From: Eledone cirrhosa
Taxonomy: Eukaryota
DNA: 64,000 bases
Assembly (NCBI GenBank): GCA_964016885.1
Contig: OZ024757.1
Location: 30,504,001-30,568,000 of the forward strand
Direction: 5' to 3'
The notes beneath the pieces were generated by a model. It saw only the letters and a list, made by a program, of their open reading frames with translations, did not search any database and had not been told where the DNA came from. Below are positions 14,301-27,244 of this stretch, in pieces. A program made the position numbers and the translations under genes. Position 1 is the stretch's first letter. The number at the start of each line of letters is the position of its first letter.

Positions 14301-15501
14301 TCATGACTCCTACACAACCACTTTACAGTGTGGGCTGGGTGCTTTTTATCGTGTCACCTACATGACCACTTTACAGTGTGGGCTATTAATTCAAATGTTT
14401 AGAGTGTGAAACAGAATGTGAAAATTTGAAGTATTATTTCCTAGCATACAGTAATGATTTAGCAGAAAATACAAGTTTGTTATTTCAAATGTTTACAGTA
14501 TCTTTACTAGTGGACAGTGTTGTGAAAATTTGCAGTATTATATCTTAACCTGTAATGATTTAGCAGAAAATATTTAAAAACAGGTTTGTTAAGTGAAATG
14601 TTTAGAGTGTCTTTACTGGTGGACGAATTGTTGTAAAAATCAAAAAGTTTTAGAGTAAAGACTTCAATTTTTAATGTGATACAGGCAGTGCTGGAGAGAG
14701 ACATGGTCACCCGACCAAACTTGCCTCAAATGGGACAAACCCGTCTAACCCACGCTAGTGTGGAAGATAGACGTTGAATGATGATGATGATGAGAATGTC
14801 TTGATAATGCAGTTTCATGTGTTATAAGACGTTCTGAGTTAATAAAAGTAAAACAGGTTTTTGTGCATGGAACATCTTTGATGCTATGACTGTGTGATTA
14901 TGGTTGACATGAGTCTAGGCAACAATTACTAATGTTCAACAAACCTTAATCCCTGTGATTTCCTCATTTTGAGCCAGTTCAAAGTAGACATTATCACGCA
15001 ACTGTGAGAAAGAAACAATAGACTCAGGACTAGCTGGAATGGCAGAGTTTAGTATTTTGCTCATGTTCATTTTATCTTGAAGAACCTTGAGGGCTGATGG
15101 TGCTTCTGAAGGTCTGAAATAAAGAAAGTAATAATCTATCAATTATATTCATTCAAATAATATGTACATATTATCATCATCATTATCATTGTCAGCGTTT
15201 AATGTCTATTTTCCATGCTTGCATGAGTTAGACAAGCTGTCACGTATGAAGCCAGACAGACCAGGTGATCACGTCTAGCTTGTATGCTCTGTCTTTGGCT
15301 TGGATTCTAAGGTTGGATGCTCTTCTTAATGCCAACCACTTTATGTCTAGTGGAAGCATTTTATCATGACTCCAGCACTACCACCTTACAGGGTGGACTG
15401 GGTGCTGTTTATTAAGGCAGCAGCACTACCACATTACAGGGTGGATTGGATGCCTTTTCTCATGGCACCAGCCCTACCATTTTACAGAGTGGACTGGGTG
15501 C

Positions 15502-15532
<31 letters not shown>

Positions 15533-18500
15533 CATATCATCATGACCGTTTTCCATGCTGGCATGGGTTAGATGAGTTGTCCTGTTGTGGGCAATGTCAG
15601 GTCTTGCTCATATTTTGGCTTGGTTTCTACAGCCAACCTCTATTATAGTGAATACTGGGTGCTTTTTGTTGTGACACCTACATGACCATTTTACAGTGTG
15701 GACTGAGTGTTTTTTACCGTGTCACCATCATGACCACTTTACAGTGTTTCGAATTAATAATTTTAACAAATCCTTCAACATTATATAACAATTAATCAAA
15801 ATAGACCGTATTTCGTTAGAAATATGGCCAGGAAAGATTTTAATCTAAATGGAATATACAGGTTTTAATCTTACCTGATAATAAAACAGCGCTTTTCATT
15901 CAGTTTCCTAGCAAACTGTTTTGCATTCTGCCAAGAACATAAATCTGTTCCGAGCCACAAAATAATCTTCTTAAATCTCTCCAACAAATGTAGAATCTAA
16001 AAACAGAAAAAAAAAAGTAAGTATTTACTCAATTTATTCAACTGCATAAAGTGGCTTATTTATCGGCAATTTAGCATTTAAACCGGCCGTTTCTGGCCAG
16101 AACTCTCTCACCTTTTTCTGTTCAAACTGGCTGTAACTGGCCACTCATACTGATGTTAAGGTATTGTTCTCAAAATAAATAATATCAAAATCTCATAGAT
16201 TCAATATTATGTGAGGTAAATTTACTGTGAAAATATAATAGTATATATAGAGTAATGTAGATGCTAAAGAGTGACTGTATTTAACTCTTTAGCATTAAAT
16301 ACAGCTGTATCTGGCCAAAATACTCTCACCTCTTTCTGTTCAAACTAGCTATAAACGGCTGCTCATAAGTATGATACAGTATTGTTCCCAAAATAAATAA
16401 TATCAAAATTTCATAGATTTCTTATTATCTGAGATAATTATGAGGTAAAGCCTTTACTGTGGAAATATAATTGTTTCTACTTTAGGCACAAGGCCAGCAA
16501 TTACCCAGTGCATTACTGGTACTTTATTTTATCGACCCCGTAAGGATGAAAGGCAAAGTCAACCTCGGCGGGATTTGAACTCAGATCGTAAAGGGACGTA
16601 ACTATGCTAGAAAGCATGGCGTCCAACCCTCCACCGATACTGCCAATCCACCGTGGAAATATAATAGTAAATGTAGAGCAATGTAAATGATAAAGGTTTA
16701 ATAGGAGGGACACAATATTGAATCTATGAGATTTTGATATTATTTATTTTGAAAACAATACCTTAACATCAGTATGAGTGGCCAGGTACAACCGATTTGA
16801 ATAGAAAGGGATGAAAGAATTTTGGCCGGATACGGCCGGCCTAAATGATAAAGAGTTAATAAAAGTGTCTCCTGGAATGGACAACTACCCCACCATATCC
16901 CACCCAAACCAGTTATGCCATTGCGAATGTGAAAAGAATAACACACCTCAACAGGAAGGACTGTTCCTCTCTTGGGGAGAGTGAGCGACGGTATTGCAGT
17001 TATCTGATGAACAGACATGGCGTCCACTTCGGAAGATGTTAAAATAACTTCTGTATCATCTTTGTCTTTAGCCGTGTTCAAACCAAATAAACCGGATATC
17101 ATGGTCCTTGATTGAAGACAAAATAAACAAAACAAAACATAAAATTGGGGAGCCAGCAAGATCAGTTGGAGATGGTTGCTTCTGACAGGAAATCACTTTC
17201 ATCTTTCAACATATGACCCAGCCATCTCATTCCATTTCTCTTCACAACATTCATCACTGATTTTATACTTCTCAGTCACTTTCATCCTTCCTCAAAACAT
17301 AACCCAGGCATCTCCTTTCTCATGAACCTCTCTAAAGAAAAACCCCAATTTTTTAAAATTATAATTTTTTTTATTTTGATTTCTAAGCAGAGGAAGAAAA
17401 AACAAATTATTATGACAGAAAATTAGTATTTTACCTGGGAACTAAAGACTCGTTTAGGTCTTTTGTGGCACCATCTTTGTCTGTGACAAAATTGTATACC
17501 TTAAGCTGGCTTATCTCTGAGTTTTCATTATAGGATGGAAATATTAATGCGTTCCTGTCTTCATCGTAGCAAACACCAAACTTTGATAAGGTTGATGTCT
17601 GTAAGAGCTGTTGATGAAAGAGAATAAAAAATGTAAAAAAAAATGATTTCATGAATATCTTTTTTATAGGATATTCTTTTAACCCTTTCATGGCTGCATT
17701 TCTAATGAAATGCACTCTATTTCAGGCATGTCAAACTGAGGGTCCTCCAAGGGCCACACAAGACAACTAATTGCACACATTACAACAATTTTTTAAATTT
17801 TATATTACGAAGATAAAACATGCTTGTGCTGTAAAAACCTTTGTGCGGGTTGTAGGTGAGCTTATAAAGGACCACATGTTCGACTTGCTTGCTCTATTTT
17901 AATTAATTAATGAAGACAGAGTTCCACTGAAGCAGGTGGAGCAGTTCAAGTATTTTGGGGCCGTGTTCACAAGTGATGGAAGGCAGGAAGCTGAATTAAG
18001 TGCAAGAATTGCAAAAGCTGGTGCAGTAATGCGCCAGTTTCAGCATTCAGTAATCAGAAGGGAGGTAAGCGTAAAAGCCAAACTCACTATCTGCGCTATC
18101 TGCAATTCATTATTTGGGCCAACCCTTACCTGTGGTCCTTTATTAAAAAGGCGTGTGGCTGAGTGGTTAGAGAATTGGATTCGCAATCGTGAGGTTATGA
18201 GTTTGATTCCCAGACCAGGCGATGCGTTATGTCCTTGAGCAAGACACTTTATTTCACGTTGCTCCTTCTACCTGGAGTTACAACCGATAGATAGTATTAG
18301 CAATTGGAAAGACCAATGGAAACATTGTTTCCTCGGTCCAATTTGACGAAAGTCGATCGTTCTTTTTATTAACAAAGTTGTGATTCATATTTCAATGATG
18401 ATTGTGGCTAAGTGATTGTTCAATCATACAACCAGTCATGCAAGGGAATGGACTTCGGTTATGAAAACATCATTGCTATAGGTTCTGTTGTCTCTAGATT

Positions 18501-21500
18501 GGATTGCCTCAGTAACATAACCTTATTATATAAAGATGCTGTCTGTTTATATTATTAAACAATCACATAGCCATGATCACCATAGAAATATGTATCACAG
18601 CTTGTTAATAAAGGACTTTTTAACATCTACACTGAACTTTGCATTTTCATGTACCAGTTGCACTGGGACAGTAAGCAACAAACAATCACAGGAAACAAGC
18701 ACTATCACATTCTGGGAAGGCTCGGTAGAAACAGTGGACAGCTTCTGCTACCTGGGTGACCAAATAAGGTATAATATGATTGAGATAATGTATTTTGATC
18801 TATACTTGTGATATATTTATATATAATTGTAAAAAATTATAAATTTTATCCAACATAACTGTCATTGTGACATATTTCTGAAGAGTACAAAGAGTGATAA
18901 ATTTTGTCAACTTACAGAACATTTCAAGCTTTGCTTCCAGATATTTAAAGTCTCAGAATCTACCTTCCTTAAATGTTTGGCTTTATTATAAAATCTCAGA
19001 ACATCTGTCGATACTTCGAATTTTGGGATGGATTTCAGACATGCTGTAAATTCACTGCAAAGAGGTAATTTAAAAAAAAAAAAAATCAGTTTTACAGAAA
19101 TGAATTCCAAAATGTCTACTTTAACTGTTTTATGACAATATTTCTTATGAAATACATTCTGTTTCAATAAATTAATTACAGCAATGAAGAATTTTGTAAA
19201 ATATACTAAAATTCCTTATTTCATTACTAAGATAAATTTTTTGTAATTAATTTTGATTTATTTTATGAGGCATCTCTTTCAAGGGATTTTTAGGGGGTTA
19301 TTAATAACAACCCTAGTAATTTATTTGCTACTTATTTCATTGTTCTAGTATAATACGAAATTTATTTGACAAATTCTTGATTATTTTTTCAACTATTTCA
19401 AAATCACACGCAGTGTTTATAGTAATAAAAGAATGAATATCATAACTTCGGTATGCATGCATGGTATCGGAAATCCTGAGGGAGTCATAGGGGCACCATA
19501 TTGATATACAGTTTCTAGGGCGTTTTAAACCTTGGCAGAGCCCAATCCTCTCCAGGTCTGAATACAGCATATTTCTTTCAGAGAAGGAAAGAGAGTGAGA
19601 GAAAGGAAGTGAGAAAGAGATATAGAGGAAGAATCAACCTCAATACTTGAGTGGTACTTTTTTTTTTATTGACTTCGAATGGATATAAGGCAAAGTGCCT
19701 TGGCAGGATTTAAACTCAGAGTAGTGAGCAGTAATGAATAATGCAAAGTATGCTATCTGACGTTCTAACGACTCTGCCAATTTTCTGCCTAACTTAGGTG
19801 TAAACATCAACAAAACAATTACCTTTTCTTCTAGTTAAATACATTATAAAGATTTTCAAAATTACATGTAGTGTTTTTTATTAGAAATATAGAGATGAAA
19901 GAGATCAGTGTTAATATCTTAACTTAGATATAAACATCACCAAAACAAAGAAATTTAATGGCTACCTTTTCTTCTTGTTAAATATATTGTTTAGATTTCC
20001 CTGAAGCTGTTCCCAGATACCGGACTTTCCACAATGTTGGCAGGTGAACTGGCCTGGAAATAAGACAGAGAAAACTTTCCAGGAATCATATAAAATACAA
20101 AAAATAAAGAATATTATTGTTTAGCACTAGGTTAGACCTGATGCAGCAGATATATAAGCAAAGATATGCCAGCTATGAAAAGAGCAGCATATATATATAT
20201 ATATATATTATATATATCATCATCATCATCATTTTACGTCCACTTTTCCCTGCTTGCAAGGGTGGGATGGGAACTGATTCTGGCTTGATTTCTACAGCTG
20301 GATGCCCTTCCTAACACCAACCTAATTTACAGTGAGTGCTGGGTGCTTTTTTTCCGTGGCACCTCCACGACCACTTTGCAGTGGAATGATAGTCCCTATC
20401 ATCTCATTTCTACACCTGAGTAAACTGGAGCAATGTGAAATAAAGTGTCTTGCTCAAGGAAACAACATATCACCGGTCTGATAATTGAACTCACAATCTT
20501 TCGATTGCAAGTCCTATGCTCTAACCACTAAGCCATGTGCTCCATATATGTATATATATTTTATATATATATATGGAGCACATGGCTTAGTGGTTACACA
20601 CACACATATATATATATATATACAGGACACAAACACAGATAGAAATCCTGCAAAACAAAGAGTTGAGAGGACCCCTCAGTTGTGTCAAGCACATGACAAC
20701 CTCCCTAATGTTGGTGATCTACATGGAAAGCTTGCCAAACAAAGGGTTGGGCAGACCCTTCTATTGTCTCAAAGACATGACAATATCTCAAGTGTTGGTG
20801 CCATGGTAAAATGCAAACTCCCAGCCCATCTGTGAGGTCAGTAGCCTCACTTCAGTACTGAAGCAGTTTAGCAGATATTAAATGATGATGATGATAAGAT
20901 GATATATGACAGGATTCTACACAGTTTCTGTCTGCCAAATTTCTTTTAGAAAGCATTAGTCAACCAGAGGCATCAGTGGAAAACACTTGTCCAAACTGCC
21001 ATGCAATGGGACTGAATCCAAAATTAAACAGCCAAGTCAGCTTGTCATTTATTTTGATGTAATGTATCCAGACTACAATATATGATTGATCAAATGAAGT
21101 CCATTGAAAAGCAACGGAAAAGGAAATATTTTGCTCAAGAACCCAGCACACAGCCTGGTCCAGGAATTGAACCTACAGCCATATGATTGTGAGTCCTGGA
21201 CCAGTACCCTAACCACTGGCCATTGTGTCTTTACATAAATAAATAAGGAAGTATACAAACCTGATATGACATTAATATAAAGATGCTTTATCTGTTTATT
21301 AGTTGTGTTGACTGCTTTGGGACATCTTATAACGATACTGGTATACTGTCTCTCAAACTCAACTCCTTTCGATTTCAGATATTTCACAATTGAAGCTTCA
21401 TTGATAAAAGTCGACTGCATTGATTGCGTGCTTAATTGTACGAGATATCTTTGACTGTGACACTTCAATATCTTGGACTGGACAACATGCAAACTCTTTA

Positions 21501-21546
21501 ACAAGTACCAATAATAGGATGGATATCTCTGGTATTGGACAAACAT
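8151..21546 (-). CDS. TWNK: Twinkle mitochondrial replicative DNA helicase (SF4), 13 coding exons, about 654 aa
   Basis: Exons in transcript order: 21261-21546, 19966-20053, 18916-19054, 17435-17607, 16947-17106, 15875-15996, 14945-15113, 13670-13804, 13058-13131, 11885-11999, 10889-11074, 10097-10225, 8151-8339. All introns are GT-AG and phase-consistent (1965 nt). Motifs: [23 protein letters not shown] (Walker A), [17 protein letters not shown] (Walker B), [30 protein letters not shown]. The start ATG at 21546 is tentative. Confidence 0.95.
8800..9668 (+). mobile_element. 5'-truncated CR1-type LINE (RT C-terminus, 3' UTR, (ATT)n tail)
   Basis: [33 protein letters not shown] with stops. Same family at 53620-54240 (+), 625-855 (+), 43215-43495 (-), 35340-35452 (+). 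Confidence 0.85.
10097..10225 (-). CDS. TWNK: Twinkle exon 12 (H4)
   Basis: [29 protein letters not shown]...KFIE. Confidence 0.95.
10889..11074 (-). CDS. TWNK: Twinkle exon 11 (Walker B, H3)
   Basis: [23 protein letters not shown]...[11 protein letters not shown]. Confidence 0.95.
11110..11780 (+). mobile_element. Penelope-like element remnant (degenerate GIY-YIG plus pLTR)
   Basis: [17 protein letters not shown]...HIKEH...[14 protein letters not shown], followed by a hammerhead-like core at 11643-11670. Confidence 0.7.
11885..11999 (-). CDS. TWNK: Twinkle exon 10
   Basis: [38 protein letters not shown]. Confidence 0.93.
12165..12440. repeat. About 29-bp purine-rich minisatellite
   Basis: gaggaaggaaggggtgataatgttgact repeated about 9 times. 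Confidence 0.85.
13058..13131 (-). CDS. TWNK: Twinkle exon 9
   Basis: [24 protein letters not shown]; not in ORF track. Confidence 0.93.
13670..13804 (-). CDS. TWNK: Twinkle exon 8 (Walker A)
   Basis: [45 protein letters not shown]. Confidence 0.95.
14030..14385. repeat. About 48-bp tandem expansion of a SINE-internal segment
   Basis: gggtgctttttgtcgtggctcctacatgaccactttacagtgtgg repeated about 7 times. Confidence 0.75.
14945..15113 (-). CDS. TWNK: Twinkle exon 7 (linker)
   Basis: PSEAPSAL...[17 protein letters not shown]...ITGIK. Confidence 0.92.
15875..15996 (-). CDS. TWNK: Twinkle exon 6
   Basis: [41 protein letters not shown]; not in ORF track. Confidence 0.92.
16472..16652 (-). mobile_element. 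SINE family A, young copy with TSD, inserted into a piggyBac-type MITE
   Basis: Flanked by the direct repeat gtggaaatataat. Confidence 0.85.
16947..17106 (-). CDS. TWNK: Twinkle exon 5
   Basis: GLFGLN...[15 protein letters not shown]...LPVE|gtgtgt (TOPRIM-like region). Confidence 0.9.
17435..17607 (-). CDS. TWNK: Twinkle exon 4
   Basis: [12 protein letters not shown]...ALIFPSY...SLVPR|gtaa; alternative in-frame acceptor at 17598. Confidence 0.85.
18916..19054 (-). CDS. TWNK: Twinkle exon 3
   Basis: ttgcag|[11 protein letters not shown]...KQSLKCS|gtaagt, phase-consistent. Confidence 0.8.
19966..20053 (-). CDS. TWNK: Twinkle exon 2
   Basis: ttccag|(G)[28 protein letters not shown]|gtagcc; not in ORF track. 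Confidence 0.88.
21261..21546 (-). CDS. TWNK: Twinkle coding exon 1 (presequence-like N-terminus, start of ZBD-like domain)
   Basis: MFVQ...IVIRCPKA...HLYINVIS G|gtttgt; start codon uncertain. Confidence 0.75.
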
Positions 21547-21946
21547 AGCATAAATAATTGAGGAAACACACCATTGGCTTGTGAGCTTTCTTGTTAGGAT
21601 TGTATTGAAGGGGAATAATATTAATATATATAAATATATATATATATATATTTATATTTATAGAGAGAGAGAGATTCTTCTTCACTTTGGACTGAGTGTT
21701 CTACCAACTATGGATACAACCTCTCGGTTTTTTACCACTATATATACATACATATATATAAAAGAAACAAATTCTACAGGATTAGAACAGTTTCATTTGT
21801 ATGAAATCATCAGGACATTTCTAGACCTGTGGAAGTCATTTCTATATAAAATAAATATGCTTTTTCTCTACTAATGTATTGTGTACCTTGTTTAACTGCA
21901 GGTTTTTTCCTGATCCCCTTCAGAAAACCAGTCTTAATTATATATA

Positions 21947-21981
<35 letters not shown>

Positions 21982-22879
21982 AACAATTTGACTTATTTTT
22001 GCATTACCAAACGGTTTCCTGGTCATAAATATGACCAGCTCTTTCAGATGTGATAAAAAAAAATGTCAACTCTGAAATGAAGAAATTGGAGGACTGGCAA
22101 CAATAAGTCACTGTTAATATAAATATTCTCAACTTTCACATTGTGTGTTGATTTTTCTTTTTCTTTTGTTTGTACTTAAATTTATACATGTGTATATATA
22201 TCAGGGAAGGAAAAACCTCTACTCAGACACAAGAAAACAGAAACACTTTTCGATAATCTTGTAAATAATCTATGTTGGTACATCTAGTTCATTGTTTGAC
22301 ATATGGCTGAATGGTAGAATGAAAATCTGTCAACTTGGGTTGGCAGTTCTTTAAAAATAAACTTTGTAACATTAATATCTGAAAAGAAGAAAAAAAAATA
22401 CATGATTAGAAAATGTAGGCATTCGAAACGTAGAAAATTACTGTAACAGAAAGTCACTCCAGGTAAAGCCGCTACTTCTCCGAATTGAGAGATCATAGCT
22501 GTGGTACTATGGGCATGTGGTTACAATGTCTCAAGAAAGAATCGCTGGACAGATTTTACAAGCGAAACCAACAGGTAGGAGACCCAAGGGAAGATCCCGA
22601 GCAAGATGTATGGATAACATTCATGAACTTTGCTGGTCGTGCTTGGGGATCCAGCTGGATCAGTTGGAGACGGTTGCTTTTGACAGGACCCACTTGAGGA
22701 AGTGTTTGAGGACTCTGCCCCCATGACCCTCTCTGGAATAAGTTGGCAAAGAAGAAGAAAAGTTGATCACTATAAACTTATTTATTTATCTCATGTTGAT
22801 AACATATATCAATTAGGATATACAGAAGTAGGGATAAGTATATACAAGATGTGCCTCAGGGTGAGTGTGTGTCCGTGGA

Positions 22880-23300
22880 ACATATACACCAGGTCTGAAC
22901 ACAAAATAACCAAACTCCCACTATCACTGCCTCCATCTATCCTGATCTCTCACTATTATGAGCAAATGGGTGCCCACGCACTGGTTGCCTGCAGCCCCGG
23001 CAGACAGAATAAAAAAGGCGTTTCCTGGTAGATGGTGAGGGAGACACTCTGGAAAAGACATTCCAGCTCGCAAGGTTCACACCTGTGGGTAGCCAACTCT
23101 GTGCTGACGGTGGTGAGTAGGATGATGGTCCTAGGGCCAAGGGCACCAGAAGTCTCCACTGCTACAGGCTCAACGGATATTTTGTAGAGTTTATCCTTCT
23201 CGGCCTGAAGTGCAGCAGAGCCTGGGTTAGTCGTAGACTGCACCAGGTTGCTGTTGAAGAATGTGTCACTATAATAGAGGCAAAAGTGACCAGTCCACAT
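22880..23300 (-). mobile_element. CRE-like (restriction-like endonuclease) non-LTR retrotransposon 3' fragment
   Basis: SDT...PGSAALQAEKDK...EPVAVETSGALG...LFQSVSLTI. Confidence 0.65.
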
Positions 23301-23669
23301 GTGGAGAATCGGACTATGTATCTCACGAATACTGTGTGAAAGCATTGACCGTTATACTAAGGTGGAAGTAAATGCTGCGGTGAAGGTGGGGGTCACTGCT
23401 TCTGTAGTCAAAAGGAATAAAATTGGAAGACACCATGAGTTGCAGCCCAAGTTAAGACAATTTGAAATCTTTTTCACAATCAATTGTTAAAACAAGTTAA
23501 AATCATTTAGTAACTACATACACACACATCAACACGTAAATACATAAACAGATACAGACAACAGAAGGAAGGGGCTGGTGAAACGCTATAGCGATGTGTG
23601 TTGCGTCCCTTTACAAAGCCTATTCGAATAAAATTCTAAAATACCGGGAATAATCGGCAAATTATCCTT

Positions 23670-24020
23670 ACCAGCCTGTGGCGTCGTTCGAGACGTTTGG
23701 GGTAGCTGAGTCACTAGCAACGAAATTGTTGTCATGGTTGGTGAATCGCCTTACCGATGTATCGGGTGATACTCTTGAAGATACTTGGTTGTTCCAGCAC
23801 CTTAACCTAGCTATCACCCACGGTAATAATGCAAGTGTGTCGGATTGCCTCAAATATTATTAGGGGGGAACCCCAACGCCCCTTACTGTAGAATGATTGA
23901 GTGTGCGTGTCCCCTACGTTTTTCTTCTTTATAATTCCGCCCCACCCTTTTTTTTTATCCCCTCGCTCTTTTTTCGGTACTGTATACATCTGAATGATCT
24001 TACGCTTGTTAAATAAATTT
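23670..24020 (+). mobile_element. Second CRE-like 3' fragment, opposite orientation
   Basis: PVASFETFGV...WLFQHLNLAITHGNNASV. Confidence 0.6.
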
Positions 24021-25486
24021 AATTACTTTTTATTTATGTTTATTACTCTCAAAATTAATTGAAATACAAGACAGTATTTTGTCACAAAGTTACTCTCTCC
24101 CATACGCTTGCCGATTAAATAGGTTAGGACGTACGATAATTTCAATCTATTGAGGTATTTAACTTTCCCGCCCAACTGAGAATAAGCAGCTCAAAAAGCC
24201 TTCGAACTACATGCAATCGTCTTTAAAATAAAAAGAACGAAGGAGAAACACATTGGATAATGTAAGGTGCTTGTTCTGGCACTCCGTCAAATGTAGTTTT
24301 TTGATATACTTAAAAAAGAAATTATGTGTTGGTTTAAATACGGGAATATTTTTAATATGCCGGCCACAAACACGTGTCCGAGCGAAAACAAATGTGAAAA
24401 TAGAAGGGTTTGCCAACATCTGCTAAAATCGGACAGATAAAATATCTTCACCTTTCTAATTGAATTTAATTCATTAGTAAGAAAATGATATATTTCTAAA
24501 AATTTACAAACCATATTTACTTCTTCCTAAATGTTTTCGCATCTCTGTTTGTCTAGTTTATTCTTAAACTATATATATATACACACACACACAGGATGTC
24601 CCCCAAAAAATGTATACATACTTCAACAGCATTCTATTCAGTGTGTATACATTTTGGGGGGCACCTTGTGTATATATATATATATTTTTTTTAAATGTCC
24701 AGGTATTGTTTTTTAAACTCCAACGTGTTTAAATAGATAATACTAGAAATAACAATAAAATTTCCTTCAAACAACATTGCACGATGTAGCTGTAGACATC
24801 CCTTTAAAAAAACGGGAGGGTCACGATTGGTATGTTTTTTTAAAATTTATTATGTCTCCACAATAAGAGTTGGACCTGGGGCTAAATGGCAAAGCATCTA
24901 TATATACACTCAAAGTAGCAACAGGGTAATATAATAAATAATATTTTCTACTTTGGTATTGAGTTCTTTTAACTCGTGTTTGTAAACCCAAACTTACGGT
25001 ATATAGCAAAGGTAAAAATATATATACACAAAGCTCAAATGTATATATATGCGAAGGTTGGCACGTGCTTATTCCGAACTTTCATGTACTTATTTCGAGG
25101 TCTAATATCAGTCAATGATACTTAACAGTCAATACAAACGGCACAAGGAAAATATTAAGACTTACTTTAAGAACTTGCAAACAACGTGCTTGGTTAAATG
25201 TCAGTGTAAACAAGGGGAAGTAATAGGTGACTAGAGTCTTTGTAATTCTAAATGAGAAAATAACAGTTCAAAGTGAGGCATTGCCAATTCAGAGTGAGAT
25301 AATGAGTTTCATATTGAGACTTTACGCATACAAACAGTTACATAGCTCGGAGAGGGGCGAGTATGACATACTTTCATGGGGGCACTTCGCGGTTCTGTTG
25401 TGTATATATGAGTGTGTGGGGACCGGCGGTGGAGAGTTCAACTCGAGGGCAGCATACAAATAAACATAAATATATTTATATATACA

Positions 25487-25530
<44 letters not shown>

Positions 25531-25590
25531 TGTATATATATATATATGTATATTTCGTTTCTTATTGGCAACATGACCCTCCCAAAGTAT

Positions 25591-25621
<31 letters not shown>

Positions 25622-25670
25622 CAAATATATATATTTGCAAACCGCCAGAGATTCGATTTTACTGACTCCC

Positions 25671-25723
<53 letters not shown>

Positions 25724-27117
25724 AATATTCACAATATAAAAATAATATATATCATATATATATGTATGTATATACACACACAGATGCATTAGTGGGGAAA
25801 AGGCCCGTGTACTCAATAACACAGAGAAATAAAGGGTGCAGGAGTTACACACAAATCATTTTTAGGTCACCCAACACAACTGGCAGCATTGCCGCAGGTG
25901 ATAGTGAGGCTAAGATACTTGAACAACCAAGCACCACCACAGATCTCACTAGTATCCATCCTGCTCAATATGAATAGCAATAACTATAAGAAAGATGATT
26001 ATTTACTGTTAAATTGTGATAAATAAGGGAAAGAAAACTCAAAAGAATGCAAACTTTATGTAGCCTACGGCCTTACAATAATGAAAGGGTTAACCCTTTT
26101 GATTTCAAACCGCTACAAACGTTGCATTGAATAATAATTGTTTCTACTTTTGGCACAAGGCCAGCAATAACCCAGTGTATTACTGGTACTTTATTTTATC
26201 AACCCCGTAAGGATGAAAGTTAACCTCGGCGGGATTTGAACTCAGAATGGCAAGGGCCGTAACTCTATGCGTCAAAGCATGGCGTCCGACCCTCTACCGA
26301 TACTGCCAATAATAATTGTGTGTGTGTGTGTAGCATTAGTCAACATGATTTTGAACGGACAGTTACGGCTCTATACTTTCTGAGTTCAGATCCCACCGAG
26401 GTTAGCTTTGCCTTTCATCCTTACGGGGTCGATAAAATAAAGTACCAGTAATACACTGAGATAATTGCTGGCCTTGTGCCAAAAGTAGAAACAATTATTA
26501 TTATACTTTGTAGCATAGAGTTATGGCCCTTTACAGTCTGCGTTCAAATCCCGCCGAAGTTAACTTTGCCTTTTATCCTCACGGGGTCGATAAAATAAAG
26601 CACCAGTAATGGACTAGGGTTGATTTAGTTGACTTTCCTCTTCCCTTCAAATTGCTGGCCTTGTGCCTAAAGTAGAAACAATTATTCTCTGTCCTACGGT
26701 TAGGCTTTTACCGTTTCGATAGCATATTAGAAATAAATCTGATTTAATTTGATTCAGTGACACCCATCTCCATGATGGATATAATAATTTAAAAAATAAC
26801 CCCCAGGTTCTGGCGGATTTTCTTTTTATCTCACACCACAGAGGACTGGAGCAACATGAAATAAAGTGACTTGTTCAAGGACAGAACACGCTAACCAATA
26901 AGCTACATGCCTTGATATTATACAACAACAACAAGAAATGACGCACCTGCAATAACTTTTGTCCAATCAGAAGGCGTTAGAAAAACACGCCTCCTCCCAT
27001 TAAGTATTTCGTTTCAAACGAAGAAAAGAAAACTTCCACACCGCAGTTATAAACAGTTGTTTTTGTTTGTTGGTTTAAAGAAAGAAAAAGCAAAGGGAAT
27101 ATTACTTTCTGTTCAAT

Positions 27118-27244
27118 ATGAACGACGAAAGAAATGGCCAAGTAGTTATCAGCGACTATGATAAAGCGGTCCTTAATAGGATCTTCAACCCCGAGAATCC
27201 GTACGACCTTAACGAAGATATTGAAATAACATATTGTAATCAAG
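27118..27244 (+). CDS. TTC36: TTC36 exon 1
   Basis: MNDERNG...[16 protein letters not shown]...NQ G|gtaacc. Confidence 0.9.

Noticed and set aside
22284-22378. Additional upstream Twinkle coding exon
   Set aside because: Good acceptor, but no in-frame join to exon 1 could be established; at most a UTR exon.
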